NCBI GenBank assembly: GCA_902519375.1
Contig: CABYJS010000003.1
Span: 12,837-76,836 of the forward strand
From: an uncultured Pelagibacteraceae bacterium
Lineage (GTDB): Bacteria; Pseudomonadota; Alphaproteobacteria; Pelagibacterales; Pelagibacteraceae
Direction of reading: 5' to 3'
Length of the DNA: 64,000 nucleotides
Part shown: one piece after another, positions 1 to 10,308 of the stretch
Layout of the letters: every line of letters begins with the position of its first letter
Numbering within the stretch: position 1 is the stretch's first letter
Program-made: the position numbers and the translations under genes
The notes under the pieces: generated by a model
Seen by the model: the letters and a program-made list of their open reading frames with translations, nothing else
Told to the model about the DNA's origin: nothing
Database searches by the model: none

Positions 1-1004
1 TTTTTTAACTTATTTAGTAATACGATTGATAACGAGTCCCTAGTGTCGTCCGTTTCGCCTTTAAAAGTTAAACCTAATAAGCCAATTTTTTTCGACTTAT
101 AACTGTTAAACTTTTTTAATTTATCGATTATTAAGTTTGGAATATTCTCGTTCACCTTCATTGCAGCAGAACCTAGAGAAAAAGAATTTTTTGTAAAATA
201 TTTTAGCTGCATTGTGTCTTTCACAAGACATGGCCCAGCTGTAAAACCTGCATTAGTTAAATTTAAATTTCTAGCATAGCCGTCCTGCATTATATTTCTT
301 ACTCTTTTAAAATCTAAATTATTTAAATGACAGATTGTATATAGTTGGTTTGCTATGGCAAAATTTATATAACGATTTGCATTTGAATATAATTTAATTA
401 ATTCAGCCTCTAAAATCGAAGTTTTAATTATTTTTTTTGAAATTTTTAAAAATAATTTTTTTGAACTTTCAAATGCACTCTTCTTTTCACAAGCTAAAAT
501 TTGTGGTAACTTTGGTAATTCAATGAGAGATTTACTTTGGACTATGCGCTCTGGACCATAAACAAGGTTACTATTTTTGTTTTTAAGAATTTTTTTTATT
601 TTTTGATTTGTTCCAGGCAACACAGAACTTCTAACAACTAGAATTTGGTTTTTGTTAATTCTATTTTTTAGTTTCTTTATTAATCCGTAAAAACCAACAA
701 GATCTGGTTTTAATTTTTTATCTATAGGTGTACCTATACAAATTATTATATATTTACTTTTAGATATATTACTTAAGTCATTTTCATAAAAAAATAATTT
801 TTTCTTATTAGCTTTTTGTAATAATTTTTTAGCTCCGATCTCTAAAAAAGGCATCTTATTTTCTTCAATATTTTTTAGAGCTTTTTTGTTTTTATCAATA
901 AGATGAATCTTGAAATTCTTTGATGCAAAAGCAAGTCCTAAAGGCAAACCAACATGACCCGCTCCTCCAATTATACTAATATGATTACTTGTTTGATTAT
1001 TCAT
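1..1004 (-). CDS. UDP-glucose/GDP-mannose dehydrogenase family nucleotide-sugar dehydrogenase (WecC-like); 3' end outside the window
   Basis: Manual translation from ATG at 1004: MNNQTSNHISIIGGAGHVGLPLGLAF (Rossmann motif), then ICIGTP, VRSSVLPGT, GPERI, AELIKL, GFTAGPCLVKD, GLTFKGETDDTRDS. Absent from the ORF track because it runs off the edge. Confidence 0.85.
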   Translation of the reverse strand, partial: MNNQTSNHISIIGGAGHVGLPLGLAFASKNFKIHLIDKNKKALKNIEENKMPFLEIGAKKLLQKANKKKLFFYENDLSNISKSKYIIICIGTPIDKKLKPDLVGFYGLIKKLKNRINKNQILVVRSSVLPGTNQKIKKILKNKNSNLVYGPERIVQSKSLIELPKLPQILACEKKSAFESSKKLFLKISKKIIKTSILEAELIKLYSNANRYINFAIANQLYTICHLNNLDFKRVRNIMQDGYARNLNLTNAGFTAGPCLVKDTMQLKYFTKNSFSLGSAAMKVNENIPNLIIDKLKKFNSYKSKKIGLLGLTFKGETDDTRDSLSIVLLNKLK

Positions 1005-1074
1005 TAATATCTTAATTATAGTAGATATATTTTGATACAATATTAGAAAAAAAATGTAAAATATATTTTATCAC

Positions 1075-2874
1075 ATGATTAGAAATTTGTTTTGTACTCT
1101 ATTAATTTTTTTTATTGTAATTTTATCATTATATAACTGGGACGTAATTAACTTAACCTACGAGGAAACAACTATAATAAGTGAATATTTTGATAATAAA
1201 TATAATCACAAAAATGATTTATTGAGATATCTGGTATTTATATCATTACCATTAATATCTTACTTTTTAGTTAAGTCGATTAATATTTCTCAAAACTATC
1301 AATTTTTGAAAAGTAGAATATTAGACAAAGAAATAAAATTTATTAATACTAATAACCTCTTAAATATTCTAACAATTTTTTTTATCACTTTTACCATACT
1401 AGAATTTCTGTCGATAAATTTTCCAATGAATAAAATTGATATTTTTCATGAAGGCCAACAAATGAGCTCAGCTTTTAAATATTTAAAAGATCAAAGTTTA
1501 TGGTCAGGCTCTTATGTAACAGTAGGAATATTTTATGAGACAATATCATCAAATTTAATATGGAAATTTTTAGATCAATTAAGTATTGGATCAACAAGAT
1601 ATTTAAATTTAATTTATATCTTAATCTTAAAATTAATTTTAGTTGTAATCTTTTATCAAATTACAATTTTGTCAAAATTAAAAGAGTCGCTTCAACTTTT
1701 TTTTTACTTTTTGCTTAACTTTAGTGGCTTTCAACTAATAAATTATACTGGTGGTGTAGATAATCTTATTTGGAGAGAAATCTTTCCTTTATTAACTTTG
1801 TTAATTTTTCTTCAGATATTTATCAAACCTAATTTAAAAAATTATCTAGTGATTTTTTCTGGTCCAATAAGCGCCTTATCTATTTTCTGGAGTGTGGATA
1901 GAGGAATTGTTTGTAACCTGATGTTGATTTTTCTAATAGGTTATTTGCTTATTAATAAAAATTTTAAATCTTTTTTAAATTTATTATTTTCAATAATTTT
2001 CACCTGGATAATATTTTATTTTTATTTAGGAAATGAATTTCAATATTTTCTTGAAAATACAACTTCAGTATTAAATGAGATGAATATTATAGGAGGAATA
2101 ATACATCCTTTGCCTTTTTCTGATGAACCAAATTCAGCTAGGGCGACTAAAACTTTACTTCTAATTTCAATATCAACAATTTTTTCATTGGAATTATTTT
2201 TTTTTCAGAAAATAAAAATAGAAAATAAATTTATTTTTGCATTGATAGTAATTTCTATATTTTCATTTTTAAGTTATGGATATGCCATTGGGAGAAGTGA
2301 CGGCCCTCACATTAAATCCTCTTTCGGTTTTGTGCAAATTTTTTATTCAATAATTATTATATATTTCTTTTTAACGTATCTAAATAGATTTAGTGTTTTT
2401 TCCAAAATTTTATCTCATAAAAAAAAGATATTTTCGTTGATTATAATTTTATCAATACTAAATTTTAATTTAAATACTCAGAATATTTTAAATTTTAGTG
2501 AACGTCTAAATAAATATACAAAATTGGAAGATAATTTTTTTTTAAATGAAAAAGAAATAAGTTTTGTAAGTAATGCAAAAAAAATAGTTGAAAAATATGA
2601 GTGTGTTCAACTTTTTACCAATGATGTTATGTTATTATATCTATTAAGAAAACCAAGCTGTTCAATTTTTTATTTTACAATTACTGTTGGGTCTAAGAAA
2701 AATCAAATGAAACTTAATAAATTTATGTCCAATGCTCAGATAGTCATTTCAGACACCTATGAAAATGAATTTTCACCAAGTTATAGATTGAAATATACAA
2801 ATAAATATATTCAAGATAATTATGAAAATATTTACGAAGAAGATGTTTGGGTTATTAAAAAAAAAATTTATTAG
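1075..2874 (+). CDS. Polytopic membrane protein, probable GT-C-fold glycosyltransferase
   Basis: 599 aa with many TM segments, an acidic loop motif DIFHEG after the N-terminal helices, a soluble C-terminal domain, and glycan-gene context. Confidence 0.5.
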   Translation: MIRNLFCTLLIFFIVILSLYNWDVINLTYEETTIISEYFDNKYNHKNDLLRYLVFISLPLISYFLVKSINISQNYQFLKSRILDKEIKFINTNNLLNILTIFFITFTILEFLSINFPMNKIDIFHEGQQMSSAFKYLKDQSLWSGSYVTVGIFYETISSNLIWKFLDQLSIGSTRYLNLIYILILKLILVVIFYQITILSKLKESLQLFFYFLLNFSGFQLINYTGGVDNLIWREIFPLLTLLIFLQIFIKPNLKNYLVIFSGPISALSIFWSVDRGIVCNLMLIFLIGYLLINKNFKSFLNLLFSIIFTWIIFYFYLGNEFQYFLENTTSVLNEMNIIGGIIHPLPFSDEPNSARATKTLLLISISTIFSLELFFFQKIKIENKFIFALIVISIFSFLSYGYAIGRSDGPHIKSSFGFVQIFYSIIIIYFFLTYLNRFSVFSKILSHKKKIFSLIIILSILNFNLNTQNILNFSERLNKYTKLEDNFFLNEKEISFVSNAKKIVEKYECVQLFTNDVMLLYLLRKPSCSIFYFTITVGSKKNQMKLNKFMSNAQIVISDTYENEFSPSYRLKYTNKYIQDNYENIYEEDVWVIKKKIY

Positions 2875-2876
2875 AT

Positions 2877-3881
2877 CTAATCCAATAGCTCTTTCATTTC
2901 AATTCTAATTTGATTTGAAATTTTAATCCTTTTTTTGCTATTTACTCTATTTCTTGCATATTTGTTTTGTCCGGGATACATAATTTCTTTGACTCCTTTA
3001 ACCTTTGGTAGCTTCTTAATTTTTATGAAATTATATCTAACTCTACTATTAAAATTTTTCACAAATAAATTATTTTTGAATACAATAAATAAATGCCCTA
3101 CATTTTGTGGCCCAGAAAAATCATCAAAAGGGTCTTTTACTTCACCTGCATGACTGCTTCCTGTTAAAACCCCACTTAATATATCGACCATCCATGCCAA
3201 TCCTGATCCCCTATATCCAGCGATCGGCAATTGAACACCCTCTAGAGCCTTGTTTGGGTTAATTGTAGGTTTTCCGGATTTATCTAACGCAACACCTTTT
3301 GGAATTTTTGTGTTTGTTTTGGACGCAAATCTAATTTTTCCTCTATTGATCACTGACATTGATGTATCTAAAATAAATGGCACTTTTGAACCAGATGGAG
3401 TTCCGAAACATATTGGGTTTGTTCCAAATAAACTTTTTCGTGCTCCGTGGGGTGCAATAGCAGGGGGCGCATTTGTATATATCATTGCAATCAAATTTTT
3501 TTTAACAGCTTGCTCTGCGTAATAACCAGACAAACCATAATGGTTACTATTTTTTACAGCGACCATTCCAATTCCAGTTTTTTTTGCATTTTTTATTGCC
3601 CTTTTAATTGCTAAATCTGCAGCAACAAAACCTATACTATTATTCGCGTCTATATGTGAAATAGATTCTGATAATTTTTTTATACTTATTTTAGGTTTTG
3701 GATTAATTAATTTTCTTTTTATTCTTTCACAGTACATTTTAAGTCTTGAAAGACCGTGTCCATAAGCTCCAACTAATTCAGCATTGATTATTGCTTCAGC
3801 GCATATTTTTGAATGTAACAAAGATAAATTATGTTTTCGTAAAATTTTAATTATTGTATTTTTTAACTCTTTATTTTTCAT
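2877..3881 (-). CDS. Ldh_2 family oxidoreductase (ComC-like L-sulfolactate/malate/lactate dehydrogenase)
   Basis: GHGLSRL, NSNHYG, GTNPI and GYRGSGLAWMVDIL motifs. Confidence 0.8.
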   Translation of the reverse strand: MKNKELKNTIIKILRKHNLSLLHSKICAEAIINAELVGAYGHGLSRLKMYCERIKRKLINPKPKISIKKLSESISHIDANNSIGFVAADLAIKRAIKNAKKTGIGMVAVKNSNHYGLSGYYAEQAVKKNLIAMIYTNAPPAIAPHGARKSLFGTNPICFGTPSGSKVPFILDTSMSVINRGKIRFASKTNTKIPKGVALDKSGKPTINPNKALEGVQLPIAGYRGSGLAWMVDILSGVLTGSSHAGEVKDPFDDFSGPQNVGHLFIVFKNNLFVKNFNSRVRYNFIKIKKLPKVKGVKEIMYPGQNKYARNRVNSKKRIKISNQIRIEMKELLD

Positions 3882-3965
3882 TCGTTAATCACATTATTTA
3901 TATTGATAGTTGGGATTACTCAATATAATAAGTAACTTTATTCACTCATTAAATAAATTAGAACA

Positions 3966-4760
3966 ATGTTTTTACCAAATAAATTTAAACCCACAAAACA
4001 AAAGAAATTTGATTTACGAAATTCAAGAGAAAAATTTTTTAAAAGAAAATCTAAAAATCTTGAATTCCTCTTAAACAAAAGATTTAATTGGATGAAAAGA
4101 TATCTAAAAAAGAAAAATTATATTATTGAATTAGGATCTGGGAATGGTCTTTTTAAAGAGGTTCTTAAGAATAAGAAAATTATGTTATCTGATATTGAAG
4201 TTTATAAATGGATTGACTTAAAAATTGATATGAATAATTTTAAATTAGACAAAAAATTCCAAAAAAAAGTTGATGTTTTTGTAATAAATCATGCGTTACA
4301 TCATTGTGCTTATCCCGCAAAACTTCTTAAAGAATTAAGTAAATATCTCAAAAAAGGAGGTTTAATACTTATAAATGACCCTGAAATTTCATTTTTTTTT
4401 AAATTCTTTTTATATCTTTTGAATCATGAAGGTTGGTCAATGGATAGTAAAGTCTTTAATCTCAAAAAACCATTATTCAATCCAAAAAATCCTTGGTTTT
4501 CAGATAATGCAATTGCATACCATCTTTTCAACAAAGAAAAAAAGTTTATTAAATTTTTTCCCGAATATAGGATTGAAAAAAATGTTTTAAATGAATTTTC
4601 TATTTTTCTTAATTCTGGTGGCGTTGTCTCAGATAGTTTTTTTATTCCTTTGACTAATTTTTTTCTCAAAGTAATTGACTGTTTTGATAATATTTTAATA
4701 TCTTTTTTCCCAAAAGTTTTTGCATTGAACAGAAGAGTTGTTTTAAAAAAGATTAAGTAA
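3966..4760 (+). CDS. Class I SAM-dependent methyltransferase
   Basis: IIELGSGNG motif I, HALHH, LKKGGLILINDP. Confidence 0.8.
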   Translation: MFLPNKFKPTKQKKFDLRNSREKFFKRKSKNLEFLLNKRFNWMKRYLKKKNYIIELGSGNGLFKEVLKNKKIMLSDIEVYKWIDLKIDMNNFKLDKKFQKKVDVFVINHALHHCAYPAKLLKELSKYLKKGGLILINDPEISFFFKFFLYLLNHEGWSMDSKVFNLKKPLFNPKNPWFSDNAIAYHLFNKEKKFIKFFPEYRIEKNVLNEFSIFLNSGGVVSDSFFIPLTNFFLKVIDCFDNILISFFPKVFALNRRVVLKKIK

Positions 4761-4761
4761 A

Positions 4762-6312
4762 TTAAAAACATTTACTTATATTATATACATCTAATATTTT
4801 TGTTCTTTTTTCTTTTGAAAAACATTGATTTTGGAATATTGTTTCCACTATTTTATCATCTCCTGCTAGTGGTTTAATAACAAAAATTTTTTTTATATTT
4901 TTTTTATTAATTTTTTCTAAAAAAAATTCTTTATAATAATCAAATAACCTATGATCTTTTGTTGGATATACATGATAGTAATACCAATACTTACTAGGGG
5001 AATTGTCATTAATTCCTAAAATTACTGAAATAAACTGATAATCTGTAATAATTGATATATTTTGTTTTTCTTTTTTGATTATTTCAATAACTTCTTTTAA
5101 CTTTTCAATTTCTTCTATTGGACTCGTTTTATTGTTAAATGTAATCCACTTGAGTGGGTATAATTTTTTATCTATTAAACTTGCTTCTATCTTTAATTTT
5201 ATATCATTCTTTGTTAAATCCATAAAATTTCTACTCACAATATATTTATTGAGATAATACAATGAAACTAAGATGGTAAGTATGATTATTAAACTATCTT
5301 TTTTTAGATTTTTTATCTTTAGAAAAGAATGTGAAATCCCTGCATATATAGGAATTAAAAAAAATATAAAATTTCCATTTATTGTCATTAATTGATGAGA
5401 TATGAAAGCATAACTAGAAAGAATTAGAGACCCAAAATATATAAATCTATTATCTGAAAAAAATTCTTTTTTAATTATTAAATTGATTAGCTGAATGTAT
5501 AGAGGAAGGAGAGATATATGTAGCCATTTATGTTTCAAGAAAATTCTCTTATAATCAAATGGAAAGAGAAAATTTTCAAATCTATTTTCTCCAATTGATA
5601 AAGGATAGTCTATATATTGTTTATAAAAATCTATGAATCGTATTTCATAAAGATTAAAGATTAAATATATCAATAAAACTATTACTAGAGTTTCTAATAA
5701 TAAAATGATCGTTTTCTTGAAAAAAAAATTTTTGAATAAAAAAATAATATAGAAGACTCCTATTATCAAAAAGATATATGAAGTAGGAGATTGTTTTGTA
5801 AAGAAAGAGCAAAAAAATAATACTGGTAAAAAATACCATAAATTTGTTTTTATTTTTTTTATTGAAACAATAAAAATAAGAATTGAAATTATTGATAGTA
5901 TTGCTGCATGATGATCCACATAGGGAGTCCCCGCGCTAGGATATGCTAGAATAACAGTCAACACTGAATAGATAAATGAATAATTTCTAGGAAGATCAAA
6001 GTTAATTAAACTATAGTAAACGACTAATCCAAGAACAGCATTCATTATTGAAGCATGAAGAACGTAGGCTGTCCAGTTTACTCCCAAAATTTTAAATAAA
6101 ATTGCTTGAATAACATCTATAAATGGACCAGTTATAGTCCAATAGTCTTTAAAAGGATAAACACCATTGAGCATTTCATAAGAAGAATTAAAAGGAAAAA
6201 AACTATCTATTGGAAAAATTCCTATATTTCCAAAATACTGATTAACAGCAATGGAAATAACAATGATAAATATAAGATTAATTATATGGATTTTTTGCGT
6301 TTTGGTAATCAT
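4762..6312 (-). CDS. Polytopic membrane protein, probable GT-C-fold glycosyltransferase
   Basis: N-terminal TM helix, then PIDSF...G.YPFKDYW loop, SFFTKQ motif, about 10 further TM segments and a C-terminal soluble domain. Confidence 0.5.
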   Translation of the reverse strand: MITKTQKIHIINLIFIIVISIAVNQYFGNIGIFPIDSFFPFNSSYEMLNGVYPFKDYWTITGPFIDVIQAILFKILGVNWTAYVLHASIMNAVLGLVVYYSLINFDLPRNYSFIYSVLTVILAYPSAGTPYVDHHAAILSIISILIFIVSIKKIKTNLWYFLPVLFFCSFFTKQSPTSYIFLIIGVFYIIFLFKNFFFKKTIILLLETLVIVLLIYLIFNLYEIRFIDFYKQYIDYPLSIGENRFENFLFPFDYKRIFLKHKWLHISLLPLYIQLINLIIKKEFFSDNRFIYFGSLILSSYAFISHQLMTINGNFIFFLIPIYAGISHSFLKIKNLKKDSLIIILTILVSLYYLNKYIVSRNFMDLTKNDIKLKIEASLIDKKLYPLKWITFNNKTSPIEEIEKLKEVIEIIKKEKQNISIITDYQFISVILGINDNSPSKYWYYYHVYPTKDHRLFDYYKEFFLEKINKKNIKKIFVIKPLAGDDKIVETIFQNQCFSKEKRTKILDVYNISKCF

Positions 6313-6341
6313 TTTGTAAAAAGTGATTGGTAATAATCTTT

Positions 6342-8267
6342 TTATCCTTTACCTCTCCAGGGGATAGTTTTATCAATTATCTTTCTTAAAGTAATATCAA
6401 ATAAAAGACCAAGCATTCCCATTATAAAGATTGTTATCCATATCACCTCATATTGAAAATATTTTTTAGCAACGTTTTCAACAAATCCTATTCCAGTAGT
6501 TCCAGCTAAAAATTCAGCCGCAACTAATGTTCCCCAGCACATTCCCACTGCTACTCTTATTCCCGTAAGAATTTCTGGTAATGAATTGGGAAATATAACA
6601 TATCTAAGTATTTGTTTTTTAGATGCACCAAGTGAGTGAGCAGCGTGAATTTTAGAAAGTTGCGTTCCTGAGGCCCCAGCTCTTGCTGATATTATCATAA
6701 TAGATAATGAGACCATAAATAATAAAAATACTTTACCTGTATTATCTATTCCTAAAACTGAAATAATTAGTGGCGCCCATGCAAGAGGTGGTACAGGTCT
6801 ATATAGTTCTATTAAAGGATCAAAAAAACCTTTTGCAAATCTATTAAGCCCCATAAACAAACCTAGTGGAACGCCTATAAGTATACCAAAAACTAACCCA
6901 AGAAAAACTCTAAGAAAAGAATCCCAGATATGTCCATAAGGGACTGGTATTTTTAGTAATTTAAAATCACCCGTTACAATCTTTAGAACTGCACCTTTAA
7001 AGTTTTGTTTAACAACTCCTTCTTTAGTATGAACAGGATATTCACCTGGCAAAATATCTGCTATCCAATCAGGTAAAATAAAGCCAATTATTTTACTTAT
7101 ATCCACCATATCAATCCAAAGAAGAGGAATATCTTTATACCCAACACTTGGATTTGACATTAACACAAATTTATTAAAAGTATCTGATGGTTTTGGAAGC
7201 CATCTACCAGATCCTTGTTCTGAGCAACTTGGACCGCTAGCAACGATTGTTCCAGCAGGAAATAAAAAAATATCGATAAATCTTAAGCCACCTTGGGCTT
7301 TCATTTGAGCAATATCAAATTTTATAATAGCATTTTGCATTCCATCCAATACATTTGGTGGATATATACTTGCAAATTCTATTCTTCTAGCAATTTTAAC
7401 AATATTTTTAGCATATGTAGAAGCTATTTCTTCACTATCGCTTAAGTCATTTCTGTAAGCTTTAATTTCATTTTTGATTTTTTTTATTTTATCTTTAAAT
7501 TGTGAATTATGATTTCGTATTTTAAAAAATTCATCACTTATCAAGTTTAATTCTTGAGCAGCAGCATGAAATTTTAAACCTCTATCTGTTGCAGGAATAA
7601 GAGGTACTTCAATTGTGTTTTCAATTGAACCAGTCCCAGCATTTACTTTCGTAATACCCCAACCACCTTCCTCATTTACAGCTTTAAGTCTTTCATTTAG
7701 CTCTTCTTCTGTTTCAAATGGATAGTCTGGTTTTTGAAAATTTTCTGTTAAAAGATTAATTTTACCCGTAATATCATTTAATTTTTGTCTTGTTTCACTT
7801 TCAAGTAAATCATCATTGGTCAATAAAGGAATTAATTGATTAGTCTTACTTAAAAAACCAATAAGTATAGATTTTTGTTGGTTGCTGAGATCAGTAGAAC
7901 TTTGTATTTCTTTTGAAATTATTTTAAGATTTCTATTTTCTTGCTTGATTTGAGAGGTACTTTTTAATTCTCTTTGTTCTATAGGAAATTGATATTTTAA
8001 CCCAAGTAAAGAGTCATTTACTTTTGCTACTTGGCAAAGTTCGTTTGCAGATTTTGGATAAAAACCTTTGGCAATATCCCAAGAATAATAAAGCCAAACT
8101 AAAAGAAGAAAACTACTCCCAACAATAACCCAATGTGTACCACCTAGTGCCCTTTCTGGATTTCCAAAAACTGCATCAACTTTTTCAGTTCTAATCAAAC
8201 GTCTTCCATAAAGAATACAACCAATTACTGCGACAAATATTAAGAACGTAATAATTTGAGTAAGCAT
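6342..8267 (-). CDS. tauC: Taurine-type ABC transporter permease with a large N-terminal/periplasmic extension
   Basis: C-terminal TauC/SsuC domain (RPVPPLAWAPL, AAHSLGAS EAA-like loop); in operon with tauAB. Confidence 0.85.
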   Translation of the reverse strand: MLTQIITFLIFVAVIGCILYGRRLIRTEKVDAVFGNPERALGGTHWVIVGSSFLLLVWLYYSWDIAKGFYPKSANELCQVAKVNDSLLGLKYQFPIEQRELKSTSQIKQENRNLKIISKEIQSSTDLSNQQKSILIGFLSKTNQLIPLLTNDDLLESETRQKLNDITGKINLLTENFQKPDYPFETEEELNERLKAVNEEGGWGITKVNAGTGSIENTIEVPLIPATDRGLKFHAAAQELNLISDEFFKIRNHNSQFKDKIKKIKNEIKAYRNDLSDSEEIASTYAKNIVKIARRIEFASIYPPNVLDGMQNAIIKFDIAQMKAQGGLRFIDIFLFPAGTIVASGPSCSEQGSGRWLPKPSDTFNKFVLMSNPSVGYKDIPLLWIDMVDISKIIGFILPDWIADILPGEYPVHTKEGVVKQNFKGAVLKIVTGDFKLLKIPVPYGHIWDSFLRVFLGLVFGILIGVPLGLFMGLNRFAKGFFDPLIELYRPVPPLAWAPLIISVLGIDNTGKVFLLFMVSLSIMIISARAGASGTQLSKIHAAHSLGASKKQILRYVIFPNSLPEILTGIRVAVGMCWGTLVAAEFLAGTTGIGFVENVAKKYFQYEVIWITIFIMGMLGLLFDITLRKIIDKTIPWRGKG

Positions 8268-9065
8268 TTAGATATCTTTCCCCATTATTTCTTCTTCCAT
8301 ATTCCAAATCATCTCCAATATTTCCTCTCTTTTTGTCGAAAAATCTTTATCCTTTTTAATTTCTCTTAAATCTGTTTTAAGCCCCATAGAGGCAAATGGC
8401 AGGTTATATTCTTTATGTATACGTCCTGGTCGAGGAGCCATTACATAAAGTCTTTCACCAAGTAATAATGCCTCTTCAACTGAGTGAGTGATTAAAATAA
8501 TTGTTTTTCCTGTTTCTTTCCAAATTTTCAAAACTAAAGATTGCATTTTTTCTCTAGTTAACGCATCAAGGGCTCCTAATGGTTCATCCATTAATATTAA
8601 ATCAGGATCGTTAATAAGACATCTTGCCAAAGCAACTCTTTGCTGCATTCCTCCAGACAATTGATAAGTAGGAGTATTACCAAATCCTTTTAATCCAACT
8701 ATTTCTAGCCATTCATTAACTTTTTTTTGAGTTTTAATCGGATCTTCTTTTTTCATTCTTAATCCAAAATTCACATTCTCAGCTACAGTTAGCCATTCAA
8801 ATAAAGCTCCTTGTTGAAACACCATACCTCTCTCAACACCAGGTCCATCAATTTCTTTGTCGTTTAAAGTAATATTTCCAGATGTTGGTCTAATAAAACC
8901 TGCAGTAATATTTAATAAGGTTGTCTTTCCACATCCTGATGGACCAAGAACTGTTAAAAGTTCTCCTTTTTTTAAAGTAAAATTTAAATCTTTAAGGGCA
9001 TGAACGGTTTCTCCTTTTGGAGTTTTAAAAATCATATTAAGATTTTGTGAAATTAGATCGCTCAT
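8268..9065 (-). CDS. tauB: Taurine-type ABC transporter ATP-binding protein
   Basis: GPSGCGKTT, LSGGMQQR, MDEPLGALD. Confidence 0.9.
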   Translation of the reverse strand: MSDLISQNLNMIFKTPKGETVHALKDLNFTLKKGELLTVLGPSGCGKTTLLNITAGFIRPTSGNITLNDKEIDGPGVERGMVFQQGALFEWLTVAENVNFGLRMKKEDPIKTQKKVNEWLEIVGLKGFGNTPTYQLSGGMQQRVALARCLINDPDLILMDEPLGALDALTREKMQSLVLKIWKETGKTIILITHSVEEALLLGERLYVMAPRPGRIHKEYNLPFASMGLKTDLREIKKDKDFSTKREEILEMIWNMEEEIMGKDI

Positions 9066-9096
9066 AAAATGACTTTATATTAAAATTCTTGAAAAA

Positions 9097-9132
9097 AAAT
9101 AGGCACCAATTCAATAAAATTGGCGCCTATTT
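9097..9132 (-). terminator. Stem-loop with U-tract between tauA and tauB
   Basis: Minus strand reads aaataggcgccaatt-ttattg-aattggtgcctattt followed by a T run. Confidence 0.75.
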
Positions 9133-9152
9133 AAATTTTAGATACCTTTAAA

Positions 9153-10094
9153 TTATAAAGGTAAGAAACTAGTATCTACGTTTCCTCTTGGTGTTCCCAT
9201 ACCTTTTAGGAATGCATCAAGATTTCCTTTAGTCATAGATTGTTTAGTTTCTTCAGGTGTTAAGAATTTGAAACCACTTAAAGTTTCTTTCATATCACCA
9301 ACTTTCATTTCTGAAGCTTTTGCCATAACATTCATGTTGCTTTTACCAGCTTTGTATCTAGCATTTGCTTCATGAGTTACTTCGATAAAAGTTCTAAGCA
9401 TACCTGGATTTTCCTTCATAAACTTTGTAGTTACTGAAGTAATATCTATTCCAAGAATTCCTGCTTTTCTAGCTTCATCAACTGTAAGTAATCTAGATCC
9501 AACTGCAACAGCAGCTTTAATAGAATTACCTCCAAATAAACATGCCATTACAACATCACCACTAACTAGCGCAGCAGCTCCCTCTTCAGGGTCCATTTGA
9601 ATGATATCCATTTTTTTTCTATCTGCTCCAACAACTTTCATACTTTCATCAAAAACGTATTCAGCCATTGTTCCAAGTGGTACAGCAACTTTTTTACCTT
9701 CTAATTCAGTCGCATTTGCTTTTGTGATTCCTGAAGCATTAGAAGTAACACATGTTGTTCCTCCCATTCCATATTCCATAGCAATATCTACCAATTTGAT
9801 AGGCGCTTTAGATTTCACTGCATTAATGAAAGGCACTAAACCTTGTGAATAAGAAATATCAATGTCACCTGCTAACATAGCATCAGTCATTGCTCCACCA
9901 TTTGTGAAGTTTGTCCATTTAACTGGTACACCAAGTGCTTTAGCGAATGCTTTTTTTTGCATATCCTCTAAATTTGGACTTGGCCATTCTAGAAAGTAAG
10001 CAACTCTAACTTCATTTGCAGCCGAATTAGCAGCTGAAATACTTAAATTAAGAGCCACAAAACATCCTAAAAGAAAACTAATTATTTTTTTCAT
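9153..10094 (-). CDS. tauA: Taurine/sulfonate ABC transporter substrate-binding protein
   Basis: Signal peptide, VRVAYFLEWPSP, GDIDISYSQG; SD-like AAAGAGGAA upstream. Confidence 0.85.
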   Translation of the reverse strand: MKKIISFLLGCFVALNLSISAANSAANEVRVAYFLEWPSPNLEDMQKKAFAKALGVPVKWTNFTNGGAMTDAMLAGDIDISYSQGLVPFINAVKSKAPIKLVDIAMEYGMGGTTCVTSNASGITKANATELEGKKVAVPLGTMAEYVFDESMKVVGADRKKMDIIQMDPEEGAAALVSGDVVMACLFGGNSIKAAVAVGSRLLTVDEARKAGILGIDITSVTTKFMKENPGMLRTFIEVTHEANARYKAGKSNMNVMAKASEMKVGDMKETLSGFKFLTPEETKQSMTKGNLDAFLKGMGTPRGNVDTSFLPL

Positions 10095-10308
10095 TTATTC
10101 CTCTTTGTTAATTTAATTAAATTACACTTATTTAAATTCAATTTTGGATAGAAGTAAAACAAATTATATAACTAAGCTGCGTTGCAAAAATTTCAATTGT
10201 ACAATTATTAGTTGTAATGTATGATTAGGTCAAAATGAGTTTTAAGAAATTTCTAGTAAACAAGCGAATTTAGTCTATGAATAAAAAATACATAATTTTA
10301 ATTAAAAT

